DNA from: Firmicutes bacterium UBA1422
Lineage (GTDB): Bacteria; Bacillota; Clostridia; Peptostreptococcales; Anaerovoracaceae
NCBI GenBank assembly: GCA_002304835.1
Contig: DBPK01000007.1
Location: 18,650 to 82,649 of the forward strand
Length of the DNA: 64,000 bases
Reading direction: 5' to 3'
Shown: in pieces, positions 17,961-26,648 of the stretch
How positions within the stretch are numbered: position 1 is the first letter of the stretch
Layout of the letters: each line of letters starts with the position of its first letter
The notes under the pieces: generated by a model
Databases searched by the model: none
Seen by the model: the letters and a program-made list of their open reading frames with translations, nothing else
What the model was told of the DNA's origin: nothing
Translations under genes and position numbers: made by a program

Positions 17961-18797
17961 CTACAGACCCATCATCTCTCTGACGATGCGATCGCTCATT
18001 TTGACTGCGCCCACAAGCACCAACATATTGAACACAAGCTCGCCGATATATTTCCATACCATTGCAGCCGGTGCTGCATCAGCGTCCACAACAGGCGGAC
18101 TCGATGCGAACATACTGAATATGATGCATGCAAGCACTATGATTGCGCCTTCAAGACATACTGCTGCATATGACTTAAGAAAACTTTTCCCTATCTGCTC
18201 TGTTGGCTGCCCTGCAAAAGTCGACAGCGGTATTGGTGCTATAGCCGTATACATATACAGCTTGAAGAACCTGCCGTATACCGTCAAAATGATGATGAAT
18301 GACAGCACTATTATGAACAGACTTCCTATGAGAGTCACCGCCCAAAGAGGTATGCTTTCAAAGAATCCGCAGTCCTCTATGGCATCTATCATCTTCTGCG
18401 GGAGCACCGTCTTGTTCACGCTCCCTATCCCGGATGATTTCATGATCGTACTGATCACTCCCTGGATGATGGTAAAAAGCGCAAGCATAAGTTCAAGGCC
18501 ATAAGTCACGACTGCTTTAGCAATAGCAAATCTTATGAACAGCTTCAATGCATGCTCAGGCTTCTTGACTTCTGTAAGCGAAGCACTGGTCCTCACCATA
18601 CCTGCCAGGAAAAATAAAACGAGCAGTGCAAGGCCGATCGCCTGTACTGCTCCGTTGATATTTAGGATCACATCCCATATTTCCCCGCCCTTGAAGTTCT
18701 CCGGCGACTGCGTCAAAAGCTGCCATACTTCGGCCAGTTTTTCGTTCCATGTTGACAGTGAGTTCTGCAGGTTCTGTACTACCCAGTTGTCTGACAC
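17961..18797 (-). CDS. VirB6/TrbL-like polytopic membrane protein (CD0415/CD1112 family)
   Basis: 278 aa with several TM segments. GTG start after AGGAGGTG. Backbone position is between the VirB4 module and Maff2. Confidence 0.65.
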   Translation of the reverse strand: MSDNWVVQNLQNSLSTWNEKLAEVWQLLTQSPENFKGGEIWDVILNINGAVQAIGLALLVLFFLAGMVRTSASLTEVKKPEHALKLFIRFAIAKAVVTYGLELMLALFTIIQGVISTIMKSSGIGSVNKTVLPQKMIDAIEDCGFFESIPLWAVTLIGSLFIIVLSFIIILTVYGRFFKLYMYTAIAPIPLSTFAGQPTEQIGKSFLKSYAAVCLEGAIIVLACIIFSMFASSPPVVDADAAPAAMVWKYIGELVFNMLVLVGAVKMSDRIVREMMGL

Positions 18798-18864
18798 TAT
18801 CCGTCACCTCCTGTTCTTTCTCGATATTTGATTGACTTCACCGATCTGCCTCCTTCCTGATTTT

Positions 18865-18904
18865 TGGTAAAATAAATGACCGGCTGATCATTAACCAGTC
18901 GGCC
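18865..18904 (-). terminator. Probable terminator of the two-gene cargo cassette
   Basis: Imperfect 9-bp stem GACCGGCTG / CAGTCGGCC at 18878-18904 (one wobble, one mismatch on the minus strand), followed by ATTTATTTTA. Confidence 0.4.
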
Positions 18905-18935
18905 ATGTATCTATTGTATTTATCTACTATCAATC

Positions 18936-19949
18936 CTACAAATTATCAAGCTTAGATCCTATTGAATATATTCGCCATTTATTATGCCACTTAACCAGAT
19001 TCATTACATAAATGCCTGGGACAATCTGTTCTTCTTCAATTACGAAGCCTTCGTCAACCCGTTCAAACAAATATATATAAGCGATGCTATGTTCATCATT
19101 GTATCTAACCTTATTGCTGATTCCAATATTTTTTATACCACAAATATAATCATGTGCATCCGAAAAATCCCCCCAATCAAAACGCGTTAATGGATATATC
19201 ATACGTCTTAAATTTTTAACTTTATAGTCTTCTTTCTGTAATTCATATAAAAAAGCATTCCCTACAAAATAAATCCTTTCGGATTCTTCATCCTTTTCTT
19301 CCAAAACGCTTTGCAAGTCCTTCTCTGTAAAATCATGACCATAAATATTTTTCCAATGTGGTGATTTTTCTATACTACGCTTTATTCCTTTATTTGTTAC
19401 TCGCAGCACAGAAGCAGTTTGATTCGCTTGCTGAAACAATTTTGGAATCCCAGACATTTCAATCAAATCATATGTATAAAACAAAATTTTTTCAATACTG
19501 TCAACATATTGATAGATTGCAACAAAGAGAAGTCCTTTGTCTGTTTTTAATACTTTTTCTATCTTACCCTTATCTGCATGCAAATATATCCCATATAATT
19601 CAGCCTCTATCGTTTCCCGCAGATTAAGCTCTGTTCCGTCAGACAGAACCGTTTGCATTTCTGATTCTTCTATTTCATTCAATTTTTTCTTTATGGCTTG
19701 TACTTCTTCTTTATTATCTATACAGTAATCTTCCAAATTTACAAGAATATTCCCTAGATAAACATTATTATTCTTTTTCTTTGTAGTATATTTTCTTAAT
19801 ACCATTAACTTTCCAAAAGTATAATAGTATTCTTTTTCATTCGTACCTGCGATGACATCTTTAGTTTTCTCAGCAGAATTGCAATTTGAAAATGACTTGT
19901 ATTCATCAACGGTGTACATAAAAAGTTGTAAATTTTCTATATCCCTCAT
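18936..19949 (-). CDS. Hypothetical 337-aa protein, partner of the HEPN-like gene
   Basis: AT-rich ORF with RBS TAGGAG, 37 nt downstream of the 771-aa ORF. No motif recognised. Confidence 0.7.
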   Translation of the reverse strand: MRDIENLQLFMYTVDEYKSFSNCNSAEKTKDVIAGTNEKEYYYTFGKLMVLRKYTTKKKNNNVYLGNILVNLEDYCIDNKEEVQAIKKKLNEIEESEMQTVLSDGTELNLRETIEAELYGIYLHADKGKIEKVLKTDKGLLFVAIYQYVDSIEKILFYTYDLIEMSGIPKLFQQANQTASVLRVTNKGIKRSIEKSPHWKNIYGHDFTEKDLQSVLEEKDEESERIYFVGNAFLYELQKEDYKVKNLRRMIYPLTRFDWGDFSDAHDYICGIKNIGISNKVRYNDEHSIAYIYLFERVDEGFVIEEEQIVPGIYVMNLVKWHNKWRIYSIGSKLDNL

Positions 19950-19986
19950 ACAGATCTCCTATACTTACTTTTTAAAGCAAAGAATT

Positions 19987-22242
19987 TCAGTCTTCCGCAC
20001 CAACAGAAAAATTCTCTTTAACAATTTCTGTTCTTTTCATCACCATAGAAATTGATAATAGCGTGATTTTAAATGCATTTTCTTTATCACTATATATGTA
20101 ATCTCTCCCGTGAATACATTCGTTTCGAATATTAAGCGAATTGCTATTATACATCATATTATATATAAATAAAAAATCCGGTACACTTTCAAATGATTTT
20201 TCATGCTCATAAACATCTGTTAGTATTTCTCTTATAATCGAGCTAGGATCCTTATATTTCATGAAATCTTTTTCACTTTCTTTAAATGGTACAATATTTA
20301 CTATGCTGGCGAATTCCCTGATTTTCATTTCCAAAAGTGGAAATAGCTGAGTAATATGTGCAATTGTTATTTCATCTTCAAATGGTATTAATTCAAACTC
20401 TGTATTTTGTTTGACTTTGTCATAAAGCTCTTTTGTTTTATCAAACAATGCTACACGAATTTTGGTTATTTCTTTGTATCTTTTATGAACAGCTTTAACA
20501 TAACTATCTGTGTCAAATTCGTTTAATAGTTTATATCCATATTTACTCTTGATTTCTTCAATTTGTTTCTTCAGAAGTCCGTCCACTTCATGTCTCTCAT
20601 AAGGAAAATTCTGCGGCTCTAATTTAGGGTATTCACTATTCAACTCAACACACTGTGCAAAATTCAAAAACACATTTTTTGACGTATCTTCCATCACCGT
20701 TAAAATGCTATGCAAATCGGGAAACACGCACTCTCTTCCTAATATTATTGCGTCATGTAATACATCCAAATTACAATTGTCTAATGTCTTTTTAGGAATA
20801 GTAAACTCTTGCTTTGCTTCTTTCAATATTGATTTGCTTTGTTCATAATATCTGTCATGCCAGATTTGTTGTTTGTGTATCATCTCCCTCTGAACCATTT
20901 CTTTATTAATATCCTTGTTGCCTTTTAATCTGATTAAAAAAATCATATACCAATAAAACAGGCTTGCGGTCTCTAAATCAATATCGCCACTAATATATTC
21001 GTTGACCTTGCTTATTATCTTACTGAAATAATCATTGTTGATAGTTCTTGTCACGTATACATTTTGTAAATAATCTACAAACTCATTCTTATCAGTAACA
21101 TGATCTATGCGACGATATTGACTATTATAGTAATTCCTCACAATATCTTTTTTTGTTTTCGGTAATGGTATTCCTCTTTCTTTTAGGGTTATTAGTGTTA
21201 CTTCATCTGTCACTTTTTCAAGCGATTGTTCCAGGAGTGCAATTTTATCGTCCATATTTAGTGAAGTTATTGCCTTATCATTAAATAAATATGAAATGAT
21301 TTCAAGTGATGAATAACCCAAAAAATTTATAGTACTGTCATCATTAATAGCATTCGTTAACAATGTAAAATGATCACTTGCAACCTCTTTAGTCATCATG
21401 TTGCCGTTATTTACATAGTCGATACTTTCTAGCACAAAATTTGCCACTTCATTTTTGAAATATGATTTCATCAATTTAATAGTATACTCATCCCAAAGCA
21501 TAATATCCGGATATGAATAATTCCCGAATTCCATACATGGTATAATTTTATGATCTCTAATCCTTATTTTTACCATGTCTAATAAATATTTCTCCTCCCA
21601 AGGCCCATATTGACTAGTTTCTACTTGTTTAAAGTTGAATGCATTCGCATTCCAGATTGCCTCTTTATTGTTATCTATAAACGCAGAATTTGCAGTATGC
21701 TCCACCATATGAATATTATCTAATAAACAGCTTTTAGCCTGTTCAAAACCTTCAATATGGATTGAATCAATATACGATACTATTATTTCTTCATCCTCTT
21801 GCATTCCAGTAAAATTTAAAAGTTTAAACAGATTATAATTAAATAAGCATCGAGTATCCGCTATACTATCAATTTCATTATAAGCATTCCCTAATTTTGT
21901 AAGCCATACAATCAATAATGCTATTTTACCACTAACAGTAGAAGCCTTCTTACTTGCTTCCTCAAATCCCATTAAACCCAAATAATATTTAGCACATATG
22001 AATAGTTCTTCCGAAATCGCATTATCAAAAGAAAAATCAAAATTGTCTATTTTCAGTATCCTAATATAATATGCGTATATCTGCTCGTAATTCCCCCTGC
22101 GTTTTAAATATGAATTCCAATCACTTGCTTCACTCAAGTCATAATTCTTTTCTATTTCCTTAATAAACCACTGCCAATCATTGCTTGCAGCTAATATATT
22201 ATCCATATATTTTACTTCTATATCATGTTCTAAATAATTATT
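19987..22242 (-). CDS. Large protein with C-terminal Rx4H HEPN/DUF4209-like domain. 5' end severed by IS3 (native start is at 23526).
   Basis: C-terminal NSLNIRNECIHGRDY is an R-x4-H motif in a helical region. The ORF-track N-terminus (22243-22302, GTG) lies inside the IS left end. Removing the IS and one ATT copy fuses GGAGG-ttgta-ATG GCA AAT in frame to AAT TAT TTA GAA CAT... (M-A-N-N-Y-L-E-H). Confidence 0.65.
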   Translation of the reverse strand, partial: NNYLEHDIEVKYMDNILAASNDWQWFIKEIEKNYDLSEASDWNSYLKRRGNYEQIYAYYIRILKIDNFDFSFDNAISEELFICAKYYLGLMGFEEASKKASTVSGKIALLIVWLTKLGNAYNEIDSIADTRCLFNYNLFKLLNFTGMQEDEEIIVSYIDSIHIEGFEQAKSCLLDNIHMVEHTANSAFIDNNKEAIWNANAFNFKQVETSQYGPWEEKYLLDMVKIRIRDHKIIPCMEFGNYSYPDIMLWDEYTIKLMKSYFKNEVANFVLESIDYVNNGNMMTKEVASDHFTLLTNAINDDSTINFLGYSSLEIISYLFNDKAITSLNMDDKIALLEQSLEKVTDEVTLITLKERGIPLPKTKKDIVRNYYNSQYRRIDHVTDKNEFVDYLQNVYVTRTINNDYFSKIISKVNEYISGDIDLETASLFYWYMIFLIRLKGNKDINKEMVQREMIHKQQIWHDRYYEQSKSILKEAKQEFTIPKKTLDNCNLDVLHDAIILGRECVFPDLHSILTVMEDTSKNVFLNFAQCVELNSEYPKLEPQNFPYERHEVDGLLKKQIEEIKSKYGYKLLNEFDTDSYVKAVHKRYKEITKIRVALFDKTKELYDKVKQNTEFELIPFEDEITIAHITQLFPLLEMKIREFASIVNIVPFKESEKDFMKYKDPSSIIREILTDVYEHEKSFESVPDFLFIYNMMYNSNSLNIRNECIHGRDYIYSDKENAFKITLLSISMVMKRTEIVKENFSVGAED

Positions 22243-22319
22243 TGGATCTATATTAAATAAGTGGACACGCAAAGTAAATAATTGTACTGTTAAATCAGAC
22301 ACTAAAAGGAGGTATCTGT

Positions 22320-22601
22320 ATGTCCACAGGAAAACGTTATGACGAGGATTTTAAACGCACTCTCGTCGATCTTTACCACAATGGTAAAACGCAGGTCTCA
22401 CTTGTCAAAGAGTATGGTGTTTCTCAAACCGCCTTATCTAAATGGATAAAGCAATACTCTACTGTCGAAACAGAAGATGGAGAAGTCCTTACTGCCAGGC
22501 AGATCAAGGAACTTCAGCAGCGTAATGCCAGGCTCGAAGAGGAAAACCTCATCTTAAAAAAAGCGATTGCCATATTCACGCCACACTCAGACAAAGACTG
22601 A
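22320..22601 (+). CDS. IS3 transposase OrfA (HTH)
   Basis: MSTGKRYDEDFKRTLVDLYHNGKT..SQTALSKWIKQY and a leucine-zipper-like C-terminus. RBS AAAGGAGG. Confidence 0.9.
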   Translation: MSTGKRYDEDFKRTLVDLYHNGKTQVSLVKEYGVSQTALSKWIKQYSTVETEDGEVLTARQIKELQQRNARLEEENLILKKAIAIFTPHSDKD

Positions 22602-23464
22602 ATGCCGTCAACAAGCTGCGTTTCCAACATGATCTGAAAACCCTGTGCCGTGTACTTAATGTCAATCGCAGCACATATTACAAGCATTTCTCGTCGCAGC
22701 CTTCAAAACGCACACGTGAGAATCAGGATCTACGCAACCTGATACTGCACATATATGCTGATTACAATAAACGCCTTGGCGCATATAAGATCAAATATGT
22801 ATTGCAGCGTGACTATGGCATCCGCATCAGCGTCGGAAGAGTGTACCGGCTGATGCGCAGCATGGTTCTGCCTAAGATGTCTACTGTAAAACCTCATTAT
22901 CATTATACATCCGATGACAAAGGTGACTGCACAAACCATCTGAATCAGGCCTTTTCGCAGAAAGCACCCGACATTGTCTGGGTGAGTGATATCACTTACC
23001 TTCGGGCAGGCAGCAAATGGTACTACCTGTGTGTCATCATCGACCTGTTTTCAAGGAAAGTCATCGCCTGGAACCTGTCTCCTAGGATGGATGTCGACCT
23101 CGTCATAATCACATTTAAGAAGGCTTATGGATCACGCCATATGCCTTGCGGTCTCATGTTCCATTCTGACAGAGGCTCGCAGTACACGGCATTTGCATTC
23201 CGCAAGCTGCTTGATGACCTTGATGTCGTTCAGTCCTTTTCCAAGAAGGGTTATCCATTCGATAATGCCGTATCTGAAAGTTTTTTCAAATACCTGAAAA
23301 AGGAACAGACCGGCCGCATGACATATTCAACTATGAGAGAACTTCATATATCCGTCTTTGAATATATCGAGGGGTTTTACAACTCCAGACGGCCTCACGG
23401 TTCTCTGGATTACATGACCCCAAATGAATTTGAGGAGGCCTATTGGAAACAGGTCCAAGCATAA
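22562..23464 (+). CDS. IS3 transposase OrfB (DDE), expressed by -1 frameshift from orfA
   Basis: The -1 frame is open from the slippery TTA AAA AAA G (22554-23563 region; A-run 22556-22562). LCRVLNVNRSTYYKH, DITYL, HSDRGSQY and NAVSESFF..K..E give DDE(K). Confidence 0.85.
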   Translation, partial: SDCHIHATLRQRLNAVNKLRFQHDLKTLCRVLNVNRSTYYKHFSSQPSKRTRENQDLRNLILHIYADYNKRLGAYKIKYVLQRDYGIRISVGRVYRLMRSMVLPKMSTVKPHYHYTSDDKGDCTNHLNQAFSQKAPDIVWVSDITYLRAGSKWYYLCVIIDLFSRKVIAWNLSPRMDVDLVIITFKKAYGSRHMPCGLMFHSDRGSQYTAFAFRKLLDDLDVVQSFSKKGYPFDNAVSESFFKYLKKEQTGRMTYSTMRELHISVFEYIEGFYNSRRPHGSLDYMTPNEFEEAYWKQVQA

Positions 23465-23517
23465 TCTGTTTCCAAAATATATTTAAAAAATGTGTCTATT
23501 TTATTGACTATACTTCA

Positions 23518-23577
23518 ATTTGCCATTACAACCTCCATCTCTTATTAACATTGTATCATATTATCAATAATCGACAA
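23518..23577 (-). promoter_or_regulatory. Orphaned promoter, SD and first three codons of the IS-split HEPN-like gene
   Basis: Minus strand reads TTGTCG (RC of 23572-23577) - 16 nt - TGaTACAAT (-10 = RC of 23550-23555), then GGAGG (RC of 23532-23536), ttgta, ATG GCA AAT (23526-23518). Confidence 0.5.
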
Positions 23578-23611
23578 TGCAATGTATCGGGCAGTTTTGC
23601 CTGCCCTGACC

Positions 23612-23962
23612 TTACCCAACTATCGTATTCAATATTTCCTTTGCAAACGTGATTATAACGCCGCCCGCAAGTGTCAGGAATCCGTTGGCTCTCTGACTCG
23701 GATCGTGCGACTTCAGTGACAGGCCTACCTGCACTATGCCGAATCCAAGCAGTATGAGTCCTATAGCTCTTATCAAACTGAATATGAACGTGGACAGATT
23801 GTTTATGACTGTTATCGGGTTTCCTGCCGCAAAGCATGTCGCAGCTCCCATAGTCAGTGAACACACAAGAGCGCTGTATACTATGAAGGCTCTCCTGCTT
23901 CTTCTCTTTGCCTTATCCAATTCTTCATTTTCCTGTATCTTCTTCAAATTTACCATCTCCAA
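23612..23962 (-). CDS. Maff2-family small membrane protein of conjugative elements
   Basis: 116 aa with two TM segments and an AAGNPI..FIFSLIRAIG..GFGIVQ pattern. Followed by the GGGCAG/CTGCCC hairpin at 23589-23606. Confidence 0.65.
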   Translation of the reverse strand: MEMVNLKKIQENEELDKAKRRSRRAFIVYSALVCSLTMGAATCFAAGNPITVINNLSTFIFSLIRAIGLILLGFGIVQVGLSLKSHDPSQRANGFLTLAGGVIITFAKEILNTIVG

Positions 23963-25769
23963 TCTCTTCTTTTCTCATCTCATCTTCAACGTCTTCTTCC
24001 GAAAGCAGTACGTATCCTGTTTCCGGCGCATCCTCTGCCCTGCTCTCCTGCAGCGCCTCAAATGCATCGCCTGTAAGCGATATGGTGAACAGCGCTTTGT
24101 CAGCGGCCCCATGTTCAAAGGCTCTGCTCTTCCCATCCTCTGTGAGATACACATTAGGATGAGCAAGGATATCGAACTTCAGATCTCTTACCGGCTTTTC
24201 TCCACGCACAAAAAGTAGTGCATATCTGTTGTCCAGCATCCTCACTTCGTCCGGGGTCATAAGAGCCCTGCCTGTAAGCTGCCAGTTTGTAGTATAGCTT
24301 CCGCTCCTTCCCATGGATCTTCCATAGGTATTCGTATCTATGGTTTCCTTACCGAGAAGCTCGCTGACATATTTGTGCGTTGCCTGCTCATTGCCGCCCA
24401 GGTATACGAACTCATCACAGTTGCCCACGATGGATTCCCACTGCTTCTCAAATAACGCCTTAAGCTGCGCAAGGTTCTGCAGTATGATGCTGACCGATAC
24501 GTTCCTCGATCTCATGACCGAGAGTATCTTGTCAAAGTCATTGGGCAGACTTATATTTGCAAACTCATCCATCAAAAAATGGACGTGCACAGGAAGCGCT
24601 CCGCCATACTTTTTGTCAGCGCACTCAAAGAGCTGCTGAAATAACTGCGTATACAAAATAGACACCAGAAAGTTGAAGCTGGTGTCGTTGTCCGGTATGA
24701 GCGCAAAAAGCACTGTCTTCTTTTCTCCAAGCTGCTGCAAATCGAGTTCATCGGTCACCGTCAGCTTTGACAGGCTTTCCAGATTGAATTTTTCAAGTCT
24801 CGCAGCTAACGTTATCTGTATGGACTTGAGAGTCTTGGCAGCCCCCGAACGGTACGCCCTGTAGTATTTGAGCGCGATATGGTAAGGTTCTGTTTTCTCA
24901 AGATCGAAGAACAGATTGTCTAAAGGACTTGGCTGATCGTTTTCTTCATCCACATCTCCTGCTCTCAGCATCTCCATTACCATCGAAAAGTTCTGTTCCT
25001 CGACCGGCGCCTTGTACTTAAGATAGAATATGAGTGCAAGAAGCAGCATCTGCGCTGCTGTATCCCAAAAAGGATCCTGGCTCTGCGCTTTTTTCGGCGT
25101 GGTGCTCTTGAACAGATTCGTCACAAGTCTCTGTACATCATTGTCATCGCGAAGATAGACAAAGGGATTGTAGCAGTGACTCTTTTCCATATCTATCAGA
25201 TCAAGAGCCTTTACATCGTAACCTTTGTCACGGAGCATTCCTCCGCACGACCTTATGAGCTCACCTTTCGGGTCAAGCACAACGAAGGAAGTATTGGCCT
25301 GCATGAGATTTGGTTTGCAGTAGAACCGCGTCTTGCCTGCGCCCGATCCTCCTATGATCAGTACGTTCAGATTCCTTCTGTGTTTTGTTCCGTCAAGACC
25401 TATCCTCACATGCTGCGTAAGGATCTTGTTGGCTTCAGGCGGCTTCTGTATATATCTTTTGTTCACAGCAGCAGCATCGCCCCACGATGCCGAGCCGTGT
25501 TCTTCTCCTCTGCGGTAATTCCTCCTGGTGGAATAATATATTCCGATGCCCATGACATATGCGGCCACAAAAATAAGAACGACCCGAGGGCTGTTCTCTG
25601 TTAGCTTCAGATGGTATGGATCAGAAAAGATCATATCCATCTTTGTCATGATATCAAGCACGTTCTCATCAGTGTAGGGCGCAATCTTAAGTGCTGCCCA
25701 GATCACCGGAATAAAACCGCAGAGGAAAAGTATCAGTGCAGTGCGCTTATCTGTATCCTTCAAGTGCAT
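23925..25769 (-). CDS. virD4: VirD4/TraG-type type IV coupling protein
   Basis: N-terminal TM pair. Walker A LIIGGSGAGKTRF, Walker B VHFLMDEFAN. Confidence 0.9.
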   Translation of the reverse strand: MHLKDTDKRTALILFLCGFIPVIWAALKIAPYTDENVLDIMTKMDMIFSDPYHLKLTENSPRVVLIFVAAYVMGIGIYYSTRRNYRRGEEHGSASWGDAAAVNKRYIQKPPEANKILTQHVRIGLDGTKHRRNLNVLIIGGSGAGKTRFYCKPNLMQANTSFVVLDPKGELIRSCGGMLRDKGYDVKALDLIDMEKSHCYNPFVYLRDDNDVQRLVTNLFKSTTPKKAQSQDPFWDTAAQMLLLALIFYLKYKAPVEEQNFSMVMEMLRAGDVDEENDQPSPLDNLFFDLEKTEPYHIALKYYRAYRSGAAKTLKSIQITLAARLEKFNLESLSKLTVTDELDLQQLGEKKTVLFALIPDNDTSFNFLVSILYTQLFQQLFECADKKYGGALPVHVHFLMDEFANISLPNDFDKILSVMRSRNVSVSIILQNLAQLKALFEKQWESIVGNCDEFVYLGGNEQATHKYVSELLGKETIDTNTYGRSMGRSGSYTTNWQLTGRALMTPDEVRMLDNRYALLFVRGEKPVRDLKFDILAHPNVYLTEDGKSRAFEHGAADKALFTISLTGDAFEALQESRAEDAPETGYVLLSEEDVEDEMRKEEIGDGKFEEDTGK

Positions 25770-25947
25770 TCCCTTCCGCCACGCGGGATCTCTTTCCGCC
25801 TGCGCTGTCCACCTTGATCATGAGGTCGTCCACGGGATCAGTGGGGCGTGATTCCGCGATCATGGCGTTCCTCATTTCATTCAGCGCTGTGAATATGATG
25901 TTCCTTTCATACTCTTCCAGCGTAAGACATATTTTTCTTCTGTCCAT
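25747..25947 (-). CDS. Small conserved ICE protein (66 aa)
   Basis: Overlaps the T4CP start. Paralogous to the 48-aa ORF at 39704-39850 (shared L.E.RN..I.E.R.TD.VDDL..K). Confidence 0.5.
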   Translation of the reverse strand: MDRRKICLTLEEYERNIIFTALNEMRNAMIAESRPTDPVDDLMIKVDSAGGKRSRVAEGNALEGYR

Positions 25948-25952
25948 TTCAT

Positions 25953-26648
25953 CTACCTGCCTTTCGCCTTATTTTTGTTTGGTGCTTTACGTGCCGTGCT
26001 GCGGTTTCCCTTTGACCGGGTCTTAGTCCTGGCTACCTTGGACTTTTCCGCCTCGCTTTTGTATCCGTTCAATTTCTCTCTGACGGACTCCCTAGAGCTT
26101 CCGCCATTCATTGATCCTGAACGGTTTGTTTGCTTCGAGCTGCGCTCGGACAGAGGCACGTTCTCTGTCTGCGCTCGTGAGGGGTTTGGAATGACCTTCT
26201 CCGCCGCCTTTGATGGCTCGGCCTTCGCTCCCTTCTCCTTTGCGATCTCGCCTATGACGGTCGCTCTGTCCACAGTATCGAATCTGAACCTCTCAGTGAT
26301 ACGCTGTATCTTCGATGCGTCATCAGCCCTTGCCATGACATCCACCACCGCATCGCCGTCCTTGCTGTTCTTGTCCTTCAGCACGCAGTACAAAACTCCA
26401 TACCTCTTTGCTTCCTTGGCAAATGTCTTAAGATCCTTTTGCCTTATGGAATAGACCTTGAGTTCCTTTCCCGACTTCAGCATGTTGGTCATCCTGGCCT
26501 TGCCTCTCGTCTTCTGTTCTTCCTTCAGCACCGCCGCAAGAAGTATCGCTATGTTCTTTGCGCCTGTGCCTGTTATCCTGGCAGCGACCTCCACTCCTTC
26601 AAGTGACATTCTCACTACCTGTTCCGCTGCATCTCCTCCCGGATTCAT
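25953..26648 (-). CDS. PcfB-family (DUF3801) conjugation protein
   Basis: 231 aa. N-terminal EQVVRMSLEGVEVAARITG..KELKVYSIRQKDLKTFAKEAKRYGVLY pattern and a basic C-terminal tail. Lies between the relaxase and T4CP. Confidence 0.65.
   Translation of the reverse strand: MNPGGDAAEQVVRMSLEGVEVAARITGTGAKNIAILLAAVLKEEQKTRGKARMTNMLKSGKELKVYSIRQKDLKTFAKEAKRYGVLYCVLKDKNSKDGDAVVDVMARADDASKIQRITERFRFDTVDRATVIGEIAKEKGAKAEPSKAAEKVIPNPSRAQTENVPLSERSSKQTNRSGSMNGGSSRESVREKLNGYKSEAEKSKVARTKTRSKGNRSTARKAPNKNKAKGR

Larger units (their letters stand above)
22243..23517 (+). mobile_element. IS3-family insertion sequence, apparently intact (1275 bp)
   Basis: Ends are 5'-TG...CA-3'. Imperfect terminal repeats share TG.A...GACAC at equal spacing. 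3-bp direct repeat ATT at 22240-22242 and 23518-23520. orfA/orfB with an A7G slippery run. Confidence 0.8.

Noticed and set aside
17875-18057. 60-aa ORF between the DUF5688-like and VirB6-like genes
   Set aside because: Most of it overlaps the VirB6-like gene's 3' end in another frame. Only the last 23 codons (MSEQIKRIAAFKEMLMEGEDKDE, ATG at 17945 after GGAAAGGAGAA) could be real, and that is too short to call.
22283-23516. Alternative IS3 boundaries (TGTACTG... to ...CTTC with AAT/AATT duplication)
   Set aside because: The right end is non-canonical and the terminal repeat match is poorer. The reconstructed target puts the SD-ATG out of frame with the large ORF. The 22243-23517 solution gives TG..CA ends and an in-frame fusion.
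23524-23536. Stand-alone 3-codon or short ORF starting at the GGAGG-ATG next to the IS right end
   Set aside because: Better explained as the severed native start of the HEPN-like gene (see the IS3 finding) than as an independent micro-ORF.
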